64,000 bases of DNA from Octopus sinensis (Eukaryota). The stretch lies in NCBI RefSeq assembly GCF_006345805.1, contig NW_021833423.1, forward strand, positions 1-64,000, read 5' to 3'. Position numbers and translations under genes: made by a program. Under the pieces are notes generated by a model. That model was not told where the DNA came from and did no database searches. It worked only from the letters and a program-made list of their open reading frames with translations. Below are positions 13,691 through 24,533 of the stretch, one piece after another (positions within the stretch are counted from its first letter, which is position 1; the number at the start of each line of letters is the position of its first letter).

Positions 13691-14404
13691 TTTAACGTAG
13701 TAAGAGCGGCTATAGGAGTTCTTTTTCTTCATTCATTTTATATTTTTTCGTTTCTTTTTTCTTTTGGTGTGGAAGAAAATATAGACAGAGGAGTAGAAAT
13801 TTAATTCTGTATATCTTGTTAATGAGACCTAAGGTGTATTGTACCCTAGGAAATAAATTAGGGTCGGGAATGATATATGTTCAAATGTGAATAGATAGAG
13901 AAAAATGATAAAATTATTAAGGTTTTACTTGAGGAAAAGAGAAGTTCTGAAAATTTATATTTTTTCTCCCTTTAAATGTATTACATTTAAAATAATTACA
14001 TTTTACACTGCTGTGTGTGTATTGTGTGTATATATGTGTCCGTGTGCCGCTAGCGTTTCTAACTGCGTACGGAATTGTACGGAAGATGTGTGTATACACA
14101 TACATACATGTATTTATGTAAGCCTTTTCAGTTGTTGCACAGGCAGGCACGTAAGTAAACAGATATATAGATACCTTAAACGTGTGTTACTGTGTGTGTG
14201 TGTATGCATGTATGTGTTTGCGTGTGTGTGTGTGTGTGCGTGTGTATGTGCTTGCATGCGTGTGTGTGTATGTATGTGCATGCATGTGCGTGTGCGCGTG
14301 CGCACGAAAATTCCACCATTCCTTCAGGCTTTACTTGCCTGAACACCCTGAAGACACACATACTTAGTAATGTAACAGTAGCAATTCATAGCTCCAATAT
14401 ATTT

Positions 14405-14612
14405 TACAAAGGCTGCGCGAAGTGGGAGAAACGTTACCACGCTGGACAAAGTGCTTAACGGCATTTCGTCCGTCTCCACGTTCTGAGTTCGAATTCGGCG
14501 GAAGTTGATTTTGCCTTTAATTTCCACCGAGTCGACAAACTGAGCACAGGAATCGATGTAAAAGACATAAGCCTACCCTACGAAATTGCTGACCTCGTGC
14601 CAAAATTTGAAA
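14405..14612 (+). mobile_element. SINE family B
   Basis: GTGCTTAACGGCATTTCGTCC..ACGTTCTGAGTTCGAATTC..TTTTGCCTTT. Confidence 0.75.
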
Positions 14613-14621
14613 CCTATATTA

Positions 14622-14975
14622 CGAAGGGGTACCCAAAAATAAACTGAAACGTTTTCTGTGGGACAAGCCCTTTGTTGTTCAGGCTTCCACCGCACTTGAT
14701 GCGACCCTCAGGCATCAGTATGCCGACCGGCGTCGTCGAATGTTCTCCTACTGTCACGGGATGCGTCTTTGCTTTGCAGTATTTCTCCCCTGTTTTTTGC
14801 AATGGCTGAATCGAAGGAACGGCGTACCTCCGTGAAATTCTGTTTTCTTCTGGGGAAAACGGCGGCCAAAGGAGTTGTCATGCTCGAAACAGGTTACAAG
14901 GATACTGCCATGAGAAAAACACAAGTTTAAGAGGGGTTTCCACAATTTTGGAATGGTCACATGTCGCTTGAAGAT
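14622..14975 (+). mobile_element. mariner 5' fragment (same family as 2326-3215)
   Basis: TA|CGAAGGGGTACCCAAAAAT TIR; body is the reverse complement of about 2850-3215. Confidence 0.85.
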
Positions 14976-15479
14976 CAATACGTAAATTACAACCACTCCT
15001 AAATACGAAACTAAACAGCGACAGCTTTATTAAGTGATGCAAAAATTATAATCCCTACCGTCTTCCGTAGTATAATATAGAAGTAAAAGCTTAATAACCA
15101 CGTTATTTCAATCAATATATATATATATAGGCAGGATTAAACACTAACTTTAATGAAAATACAACAAAGAGACATATAAATCAATGTACGTTGTATCGGT
15201 ATTAATAGTAAACTGCAATAACTAAATTATATGCTAGATTACGACCAATCTTTAAGTCCAAACAAATAATAAATCCCACCGGTTTTCCATAGATACTACT
15301 ATAATGAAAGTCCAAAACATAATATTTCTCCAAAACAAACCACAATTGAAAATAATTTAACTAATATTTTTATGAGTGAAATATATTATTTCATCATTCA
15401 AAAGTTAATAATAAAACACTACATACTCATTTATATAACACTACTACACGCTATAATATATATATATATATATATATAT

Positions 15480-15887
15480 TACTCTTTTACTATTTTACTC
15501 TTTTACTTGTTTCAGTCATTTGACTGCGGCCATGCAGGAGCACCGCCTTTAGTCGAGCAATTCGACCCCAGGACTTATTCTTTGTAAGCCCAGTACTTAT
15601 TCTATCGGTCTCTTTTGCCAAACCGCTAAATGACAGGGACGTAAACACACAAGCATCGGTTGTCAAGCAATGCTAGTGGGACAAACACAGACACACAAAC
15701 ACACACATACATATATATACATATATACGACAGGCTTCTTTCAGCTTCCCTCTACCAAATCCACTCACAAGGCATTGGTCGACCCGGGGCTATAGCAGAA
15801 GACACTTGCCCAAGATGCCACGCAGTGGGACTGAACACGGAACCATGTGGCTGGTTAGCAAGCTACTTACCACACAGTCACTCCTGT
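15480..15887 (-). mobile_element. SINE family A, full length (tRNA-derived head, internal microsatellite, short-repeat tail)
   Basis: Minus-strand head AGGAGTGACTGTGTGGTAAG..GTTCAGTCCC; tail GAAACAAGTAAAAGAGTAAAA. Confidence 0.9.
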
Positions 15888-16149
15888 GTTATATATATAT
15901 ACATATATATACCTACATACATGTATGTGTGAGTGTGTGTGTGTATTTGTATGTGTAAGTAAGATTCATTTGAATTAGTTACTTAATTTAAGGCACTTCG
16001 TTAGCTCGGAATAATATACACACACAATATTATGAAAATATCGACTTTTCTCACAGGCGTACCGACAGAATGATATTCCTGGAGTGCATGCAGACAATTT
16101 CACTCAGCTGAAGAGCTATTCAGACATGTATATTTTATCAAAAATACAG

Positions 16150-17050
16150 TTCATACAGGAGATACCGAGTATGCGTCGTAGGCTTCTGAGATGGAAGCTG
16201 TTCAGCTTTTTCACCTGACAGGCGTATGTGGCCCATGTCTCGCTGCCATACAACAGGATGCTGAGGACACAGGCATTGTACACAGCCATCTTTGTTTTCA
16301 CTGTCAACTTTGGGTTTGTCCACACTTTTGGTGTGAGGCGCGCGAGCGTAGTGGCTGCCTTCCCAATTCTGGTTTCAATTTCGGCATCGAGAGAGAGGTT
16401 GTCAGTGATGGTGGACCCAAGATAGGTAAATTGATGAACAACTTCAAGTTCGTAGTCATCGATGGTGACGGCTGGTTGTGCTGGTGTGCCTTGCGCCAGA
16501 ACGTTTGTCTTCTTCAGGCTGATGTCAGCCCAAAGTCCTTGCGGGACAACACCTTACTGGCTGAGGTCTGCCTATCTTGAGGCGGGCGGTAGCTGTCCAA
16601 TGAGACTCGAAGATCTCTTCTACCGTCGGAAGTAACATCTGGCACCGCACTCTACGCTAATTGAGTAAAGGCTTATAACCGGTATCTGCTGCTTCCCGTG
16701 TTGTGTCGACACCAAATAAATGGCGAAGCTGGAGTGTCCTCTCTAGGTGCAGGTGTGCATATTTAACGATGGCGTGGACGAATGTGAGCCTGGGCAATGT
16801 AGTATGGAGAAGAGATTGTTGCCGATGCAACTTTTCCCCTCTCTCCAACTCACTAACGAATCCAAAGGAACAGCGGGCTGCTACAGTTTGGTGCCAACGT
16901 GGTCACAGGAGCTGCCAGGACGAAGCTGAAGTCAACATCGAGCTGTCTTAGGGGCTCCGACTCTTAATTTTTCTTCGATTTTTACTGAAACCTTCCCTGT
17001 GATCAGGTATCCCGCAAGAGGATCCGATCATGGAACAGGTTGTACTGGAC
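16150..17050 (-). mobile_element. RTE-clade LINE, internally deleted (5' UTR-like part joined to RT C-terminal part)
   Basis: ORF 16116-16325 KLTVKTKMAVYNACVLSILLYGSETW...FHLRSLRRILGI; 16540-17050 is GC-richer non-coding sequence resembling an RTE 5' UTR. Confidence 0.85.
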
Positions 17051-17072
17051 TACGAGAGCGATATATATATAT

Positions 17073-17280
17073 AGTTACGGAGATGTACTTGCATAGCAAG
17101 TGACTTGATCTGAGATCGTGTGCTGGAACGAAAACAATTACAGCGTGGAAGGTGTTTATAAGCCATTTAAGAAACACAAAAACCGTTAGATTCACTTCAA
17201 CATTTGAATTTAATTTGTCAAAATATTTTCGTCGCTGTGAGACCGCGACCTGTTCATTGACAAAACTTCGTGCAGCCATT
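17073..17280 (-). mobile_element. Short non-coding element next to (TA)n carrying an HHR-like fold (17214-17264)
   Basis: Minus: UUUGUCA-AUGAACA-G-GUCGC..GCGAC-GAAA-AUAU-UU-UGACAAA. Confidence 0.5.
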
Positions 17281-17533
17281 GAGATTACTCATTAACGAAT
17301 ATAGATAATTTTTATAAGTTTTGTCTCTTTTACTGCCTAACAAGAAAAGAAAAAAAATGTAATTATTTAAGACTGATGACGTTTATTTTGTTTTCTCAAT
17401 AGGGTTACAATATTAATTAATTCAAAATGTTTTTCAAATATTGTAAAATGCACTTAAATACACTAACAACACTTCTAAAAGCAAACGTCTTAACCTTCTG
17501 CAGCAAACTTTCATATCATGAGCATGATAGACA

Positions 17534-17572
17534 TTACTATTATTATCATCATCATCATCATCGTCATCATCA

Positions 17573-17634
<62 letters not shown>
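17534..17634. repeat. (CAT)n/(TAT)n repeat
   Basis: Directly visible. Confidence 0.95.
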
Positions 17635-17989
17635 GCACTAGAGCACTTGTGTGTATAATTATCCGAAGCTGTGGCCTTTTATCTCATGCTGAGTCTCCAT
17701 CGGACGGATGTGGTCGTACTGGCTATAACAGTGGTAAAACTTTTATCAGGTGGTGATGTGGCCACGAAGTTATACTCGTAGCCGTGATGGCAATTTCCTC
17801 TGCTGTTATCGTTGTTGTTGCTGATGCTACAGTTGTTGCACTTGTTAAACGATTGGTTATCACTATAAAATCAATAAGGTGCTAATAATTTCTTTCACCG
17901 CCAAAATGTTTTGTTGCACTTGATGAATCGATGCGAAGAGAATACAATACCGTTTACAGATGTGTATGTGTACGTAAAAATACTTACAC

Positions 17990-18063
17990 AAATTCACACA
18001 AACACACAAACACATATATATGTATTATATGTAGGGACGTATATATGTATAAGTGTATGTATG

Positions 18064-18105
<42 letters not shown>

Positions 18106-18116
18106 AAGAGAGAGAG

Positions 18117-18191
<75 letters not shown>

Positions 18192-18305
18192 CAGATAGAT
18201 AGATAGATAAATGCGCACACTAATATGAGAGGGGAGATAGATTATTTTTCTCATTAATCTTCATTATTGGTTGTTTTTTGCTCATATATACGAGTTCACT
18301 TATGT

Positions 18306-18368
<63 letters not shown>

Positions 18369-18990
18369 CTTACATAAGTATATATACATATATTTGTATA
18401 TATTCGCATGTGTATATATATACATATATATGTACACACACACACATATATATCACTTAATGTGCATATATTTCTCCTTTCCTTTGTCACTCAATAACTA
18501 TTATTATTTTCTGTGCGTGATACTAAGTCTGGTGGGGGTTCTGCTTGGAAGTGAGGTGCAAGCGGCGATTATTTAGTGCTATCATTATTTGTAATGATAT
18601 TTCGGGTGTTTGGTTTAAACTTGGTGCAGTGTCTGGTTGCTTGAATGATTTGTGTAAAGAGCATGCCTGAAATATATGCCTTACTTTATATGTACAGACT
18701 TATATCTGCATGCGTATACACAGATATACATAGATACATAGATACACACATACATACATATATATATATGTGTGTGTGCGTGTATGTATATATATATGTG
18801 TGTGTGCGTGTATGTATGTATATATATGTGTGTGTGTGTGTATATATGTGTGTGTATATATAATATGCATACATATATATAAATATATAAATGTATATAT
18901 ATATATATATGTATATATACATGCCTATATATATATATATATATATAAATGTGTGTGTGTGTGTATGTGTGTGTGTGTGTGTGTGTGTTT
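17990..18990. repeat. (TA)n/(GATA)n/(TG)n microsatellite field
   Basis: Directly visible. Confidence 0.9.
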
Positions 18991-19193
18991 GTGTCTGTCC
19001 CCCCAACATTGCTTGACAAACCATGCTGGTGTGTTTACGTCCCCGTAATTTTGCGGTTCGGCCGTCAAAAGAGACCGATAGAATAAGTTTAGGCTTACAG
19101 AGAATAAATCCTGGCGTCGATTTGCTCGACTAAAGGCGGTGCTCCAGAATGGCCGCAGTCAAATGACTGAAAGAAGTAAAAGAGTAAAAGAGT
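18985..19193 (+). mobile_element. SINE family A, 3' half
   Basis: CTAAAGGCGGTGCTCCAGAATGGCCGCAGTCAAATGACTGAAAGAAGTAAAAGAGTAAAAGAG. Confidence 0.9.
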
Positions 19194-19220
19194 ATATATA
19201 TATATATATATATAATATAT

Positions 19221-19251
<31 letters not shown>

Positions 19252-19477
19252 GAAATATTAAAATTACTAAGTCTCTATAAAAGAGATTACGGCAGCGTTT
19301 ACTGGAAATTAATTGTTATCGTCATATTAATATGGCATTCTTATAGATATAAGAATAATCGCTGCCATGGTCAGCTCCATGAGGCCACCGCCATCAAGAT
19401 AGCTATTGATACACGATCTGTATCCATTATAACCTTTGAACAAGGGAGGTCAGCCGCTTCACACTGCCAGTCCGACA

Positions 19478-19519
19478 GCTACAGACGCGTTTCGGGGTAT
19501 TGCCCCTTGTCAATGTAGC
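19478..19519 (-). ncRNA. Minimal type-I hammerhead ribozyme, U3-A8 core variant
   Basis: GCUACA-UUGACAA-GGGG caaua CCCC-GAAAC-GC-GUC-UGUAGC; 6-bp stem I, 4-bp stem II. Confidence 0.8.
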
Positions 19520-20027
19520 GCAGTCAGACCCGCAGGTGTCGCCACCGACGTCTCTGTTCGAAGGCTTCTATTTACCTAGTTTCAGTGGAATACATCCACT
19601 TGTTTTCAATAATAGAAATATTAAAATTACTAAGTCTCTATAAAAGAGATTACGGCAGCGTTTACTGGAAATTAATTGTTATCGCCATATTAATATGGCA
19701 TTCTTATAGATATAAGAATAATCGCTGCCATGGTCAGCTCCATGAGGCCATCGCCATCAAGATAGCTATTGATACACGATCTGTATCCATTATAACCTTC
19801 GAACAAGGAGCTGACCATGGCAGCGATTATTCTTATATCTATAAGAATGCCATATTAATATGGCGATAACAATATATTCCAGTAAACGCTGCCGTAATCT
19901 CTTTTATAGAGACTTAGTAATTTTAATATTTCTATTATTGAAAGCAAGTGGATGTATTCCACTGAAACTAGGTAAATAGAAGCCTTCGAACAGAGACGTC
20001 GGTGGCGACACCTGCGGGTCTGACTGC

Positions 20028-20069
20028 GCTACATTGACAAGGGACAATACCCCGAAACGCGTCTGTAGC
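20028..20069 (+). ncRNA. Minimal type-I hammerhead ribozyme, U3-A8 core variant (inverted copy)
   Basis: GCUACA-UUGACAA-GGG acaauac CCC-GAAAC-GC-GUC-UGUAGC; predicted cleavage after C20063. Confidence 0.8.
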
Positions 20070-20283
20070 TGTCGGACTGGCAGTGTGAAGCGGCTGACCT
20101 CCCTTGTTCGAAGGTTATAATGGATACAGATCGTGTATCAATAGCTATCTTGATGGCGGTGGCCTCATGGAGCTGACCATGGCAGCGATTATTCTTATAT
20201 CTATAAGAATGCCATATTAATATGGCGATAACAATTAATTTTTATATATATATATATATTATATATATATATATAATATATAT

Positions 20284-20317
<34 letters not shown>

Positions 20318-20459
20318 AATTAATTGTTATCGCCATATTAATATGGCATTCTTATAGATATAAGAATAATCGCTGCCATGGTCAGCTCCATGAGGCCACC
20401 GCCATCAAGATAGCTATTGATACACGATCTGTATCCACGATCTGTATTCTTATATATTC

Positions 20460-20782
20460 TTTTTATTCATTTATTTGTTTCAGTCAGGTGTCTTTACTCG
20501 CAGAAATGGTTCCTAGAACTTGTTCTTTGCAAGTCTAGTACTTATTCTATCGGATATGTTTGCCGAACTGCTAGGTCACAAGGACGTAAACACGTCTCTA
20601 TATTATATATATATATCTTACATATATAGATATACGACGGGCTTCTTTTAGTTTCCGTCTACCAAATCCGTGCACATGGGTTTGGTCGGCTGGAGGCTAC
20701 AGCAGAAGACAGTTGTCCAAGGTGCCACGCCGCAGTGGGTCAGAACCTGGAAACATGATTTTGAAACAAGCTTCTTCCCACA
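20460..20782 (-). mobile_element. SINE family A, diverged
   Basis: TACGACGGGCTTCTTT..TTCCGTCTACCAAATCC..CCAAGGTGCCACGC. Confidence 0.8.
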
Positions 20783-20789
20783 TGCGCGC

Positions 20790-21852
20790 GCGCAAAAGTT
20801 ACGGTAAATAAACTGTTGCTTAAATTATGCAAAAATGAAATTATCACTGACATCTCATTTTAATAGATCTATTTACCAAAATTACATAAAAATGACTTGA
20901 AATACTAAAGAACAAATTTTTTCAATAACATCGCCACCAGATGACTTCTGAATCTCCTGCAACTCTTCTGGACGATCTCCTTGTTGAAGTTAGTGAATGC
21001 TGCTATAATCCTTGCCTTCATTACATCTTTGGTGCTACAAGGAGTTTTGTTGGTCTCTCGCTCAAATACGCCCCACACATAATAATCAAGGAGCGTTGCA
21101 GTGTGCGGTGTTAGGATTGATGTGGTCGCAGACTCTATGTCGGCGACCACGTCCAGCAGCCACCCTCTTGACTCAGGGCAGCACTATCTCCTCCATGTAC
21201 TTGATGTAGATCTCCGTACTGATTCTGAGACTGTGTGGGAAGAGGAATGGCGGCACAACGTCGCTATCACTAGCAATCACTCCAAACACAATGATATTGA
21301 CTGGATGTTCGATTTTTATCACTCTTGGTACATGTCCTCAGATTGCACTGCTCTGAGATTGACAAGCAAAAACTCTGAAATGTTCGTATTGGATCTTCTG
21401 GCGTGAATGCCAAGCAGTACAGCATGTCGTTTCCAAATTTCTGGCAGAGTGAATTGAGTCATGCTACTATACTCCGTAGTCGACAAAATCAAAGACAATG
21501 CGCATTATTGTTTATTCTTTATTCTTTACCTTGTTTCAGTCATTTGACTGTGGCCATGCTGGAGCACCGCCTTTAGTCGAGCAAATCGACCCCACTTATT
21601 CTATCGGTCTTTTTTACCGAACCGCTAAGTTACAGGGACGTAAATACACCAGCATCGGTTTTCAAGCGATGTTGGGAGACAAACACAGACACACGAACAT
21701 ATATATATATATACATACGTCGGGCTTCTTTCAGTTTCCGTCTACCAAGTCCACTCACTAGGCCTTGGTCGGCCCAAGGCTATAGTAGAAGAGACTTGCC
21801 CATGTTCAAAATTAAAAATATAAAATGGTGACAGTTTACCCCTCGCACCCTG
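20790..21852 (-). mobile_element. Tc1/mariner-superfamily relic interrupted by a SINE
   Basis: ORF 20905-21150 LDYYVWGVFERETNKTP...KARI..AF......CRRFRSHL.A (transposase C-terminus); terminus CCTCGCACCCTG|TA at 21852. Confidence 0.8.
21520..21803 (-). mobile_element. SINE family A, 5'-truncated, nested in DNA transposon
   Basis: Matches 15480-15810. Confidence 0.9.
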
Positions 21853-21909
21853 TATATGTATGTATACATATGTGTGTGTGTGCTTGTGTGTCTGTGTATG
21901 TAGGGTCAA

Positions 21910-21910
21910 T

Positions 21911-22008
<98 letters not shown>
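21910..22008. repeat. (GATA)n
   Basis: Directly visible. Confidence 0.95.
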
Positions 22009-22182
22009 CATTTCATACGCATATATATCTGGAGTGACAAACCGACAGAGCGTGACAAATGAATATATACATTTTATACCAATTAAAATAAATTTTGTAA
22101 ACAAATGTTCGGGATAAATATTTTCTATACTTTTTATGTGTGTCTACCTTTTTATTCCTACTGGAGTCAAGGTAAGATAACT

Positions 22183-22226
22183 ACTCTGCTGAAGACGCCT
22201 ATTGATTAGAAACATGTGTCCATAGT
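22183..22226 (+). ncRNA. Decayed hammerhead-like motif
   Basis: ACUCUG-CUGAAGA-(broken stem II)-GAAAC-AUGU-GUC-CAUAGU. Confidence 0.45.
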
Positions 22227-22329
22227 TGTACTCTCTCCTGAAAAATACCTATTGTCCTTTCCTTAAAACCATGTGTTTCCGAAGAATTGGCATCTTTCAG
22301 AGCGTAATGGATGTATGTGGTGCTACTTC

Positions 22330-23785
22330 ACGTTTGTTTTTGTAGGACTTAAACCCAAGTAACCTCATAATCTAAACATGATTTTGTTTAGATTACGGGG
22401 TTCGCAAATTTTCTCTCTGTAGCCGTAGATGTAAGCTGCTGGTGGAGAAAACTTATTCCGTCAGACACTACATATTTAAGTGTAAACTTGTAATTCTGTC
22501 AGACTCTGAAGCTTTTGAGTCTAGGATTTTATGGAGCTTAACTGATTGAAGAGATCGAAGCTATGATCTTGGAAAATAAAAAGTTTTCATTGTTTTCCAA
22601 TCTTACTTAAGTGTTTTTTTCTTTTGTGTCTGACTTACAAAAGATGTTTGTCATGAGCTTTTCTTTTTAGCAGAGTATATTACCTGAATATCTTTGTATG
22701 ATTTATTTTGTTTACTTTGGATACAAATACACATGTTTACCAATTTTCTGTCATTTATTGTTTATTTTCTTCTTTAGTTTTTATCAAGTTCACCTTCTCA
22801 GCTGCGTAATTGATTTTTGTTATCGTCATATAGTATATGTACTACAGTATCGATATTGGTGATTGTGGTGCGTTTTCAGTTCGAAGAAACTTAATTCTAT
22901 TTCTTGGTAGAAATGATAGTGCTTTTATTTTGTTCATTCATGTGTGATGGTAGGTGGTCACGTTGATGCCTATTCCTCCAGACATTATCAAATTGAAAAC
23001 ACATTTTCGATAACAGATTTTTTTACTCAATATTTTACGTTCATGAATTTCCTTTCAAAACGAAGGCATGTGGAATCTCAGTACATTTTAGCTATCTTTT
23101 TAGAGATTGGTATGTCATACACTTATTAATTCACCTTAAATTGTATAATGCTATTTACTGTTAAACACTCAAGTTGATGTTATTTACAGTTGAACTCTTC
23201 AGTTGATATTGTCAACAGTTTTAAAAAGTGGTTAGTATGTTTTAGACTTATTTATTGCCCTTCAACTGTAAGATGTTCTCTTAATGTTCCACTCTATTTC
23301 GGAGGTTGTTCATATTATCAACAGGTTTGTTATCAAAATTCATGTAAATTTACTTCTTTTCCAAATGTGCTGTAGGTATTTCCTAGATGCACTTATAGAG
23401 TGACTAAGACTGCATTAAGGTAAGTATTGATTATTTAAAGTGCCATCACGATTTTTGGTTTGGTTTTTCATATAAACTCAAATAACGATATCGTCTATAA
23501 TCTTGGTTGGTTTTGTCTTTTCCTTTTCGAAAAATAGTCTGTTATAACTTCTTGAAAGCAGTTTTAAATTACTTTTTTTATTCATTTCATTTCATTTTTA
23601 CAGTTATATATCAATCTGGTCGTTTTTGTACGGAGAAACTTTAACTATTGAATAAGTGGTAATGATGTTGGTGTTCAGGATTGATTTATATTTGTACACT
23701 CCTTCATTTAGAGTAGGTTTTAAATAGTTTTTGGATGTCTTTTGAAAACTAATATAAACGTGAGTTGGAATATCATTTCTTAGTA
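22330..23785 (-). mobile_element. Possible very old retroelement (PLE-like) relic
   Basis: A-rich minus strand, non-microsatellite; weak motifs only (FQFDN, KT..Y..ILN.NI..TY); adjacent HHR-like motif. Confidence 0.3.
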
Positions 23786-24125
23786 GGTAAAGTAAAGGCC
23801 TCCTTTCCGATATGAAGGGCCATGGGATTGCACCTAAAAGGTTACTCTCCGAGGCACATGTCCAGGAAAGGTTGTTTATGGAAGAGCAGCAGTCGCCCAT
23901 GCATCCCAGCTTCCCCTCTCCATGCCACCAATGTTATCCAAGGGAAAGGCAAAGGTCGATACAGCTTAGCACCAGTGCCGTCGCAGCTCATTTCTGCAGC
24001 TGAGTGAACTGGAGCAACGTGAAATAAAGAAGTCTTGCCTAAGAACACAACACAACACACAGCCCAGTCCGGGAATCAAACTCACTATCTCTAACCACTT
24101 AGCCATATGCCCGACGCTCTAACCA
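23785..24125 (-). mobile_element. SINE family D (tRNA head + RTE 5' UTR-like body)
   Basis: Reverse complement aligns with 60010-60331. Confidence 0.85.
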
Positions 24126-24222
24126 CAAAAGTGACTATACGCAGTTTAAAACTAAATGGCTCAAATATGCGATGAACAGTAAATAGAAAGTGCTTTTTGG
24201 AACAGAAAATGCTCCGCTCGCG

Positions 24223-24282
<60 letters not shown>

Positions 24283-24533
24283 TATATATATATAATGTGT
24301 GCATATGTGGTCGGATTGCGCTGAAAATATGCACACCTATGTTAAAAGTGTTAGCGAGTTTGCATGGCATCTTTGAGTTTGCTCAATTGAAATGCATGGC
24401 TACTAGGGCGAAATTCCTCATCTTTTAAAATATGGACCGCGTAGACCCGAATGAAATCGGGTTATAATACCGGAACAAGTAAAACAATAATAAACTATTT
24501 TAATCCCGAGCAAGGCCGGGTATATGTGTCTAA

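Larger units (their letters stand above)
19249..20437. mobile_element. Retrozyme-like / PLE pseudo-LTR array: 363-bp unit in tandem and inverted copies within (TA)n
   Basis: AGAAATATTAAAATTAC recurs at 19251 and 19614; 19306-19741 is inverted at 19807-20241; a further partial copy lies at 20317-20437; each full unit has one HHR. Confidence 0.85.
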
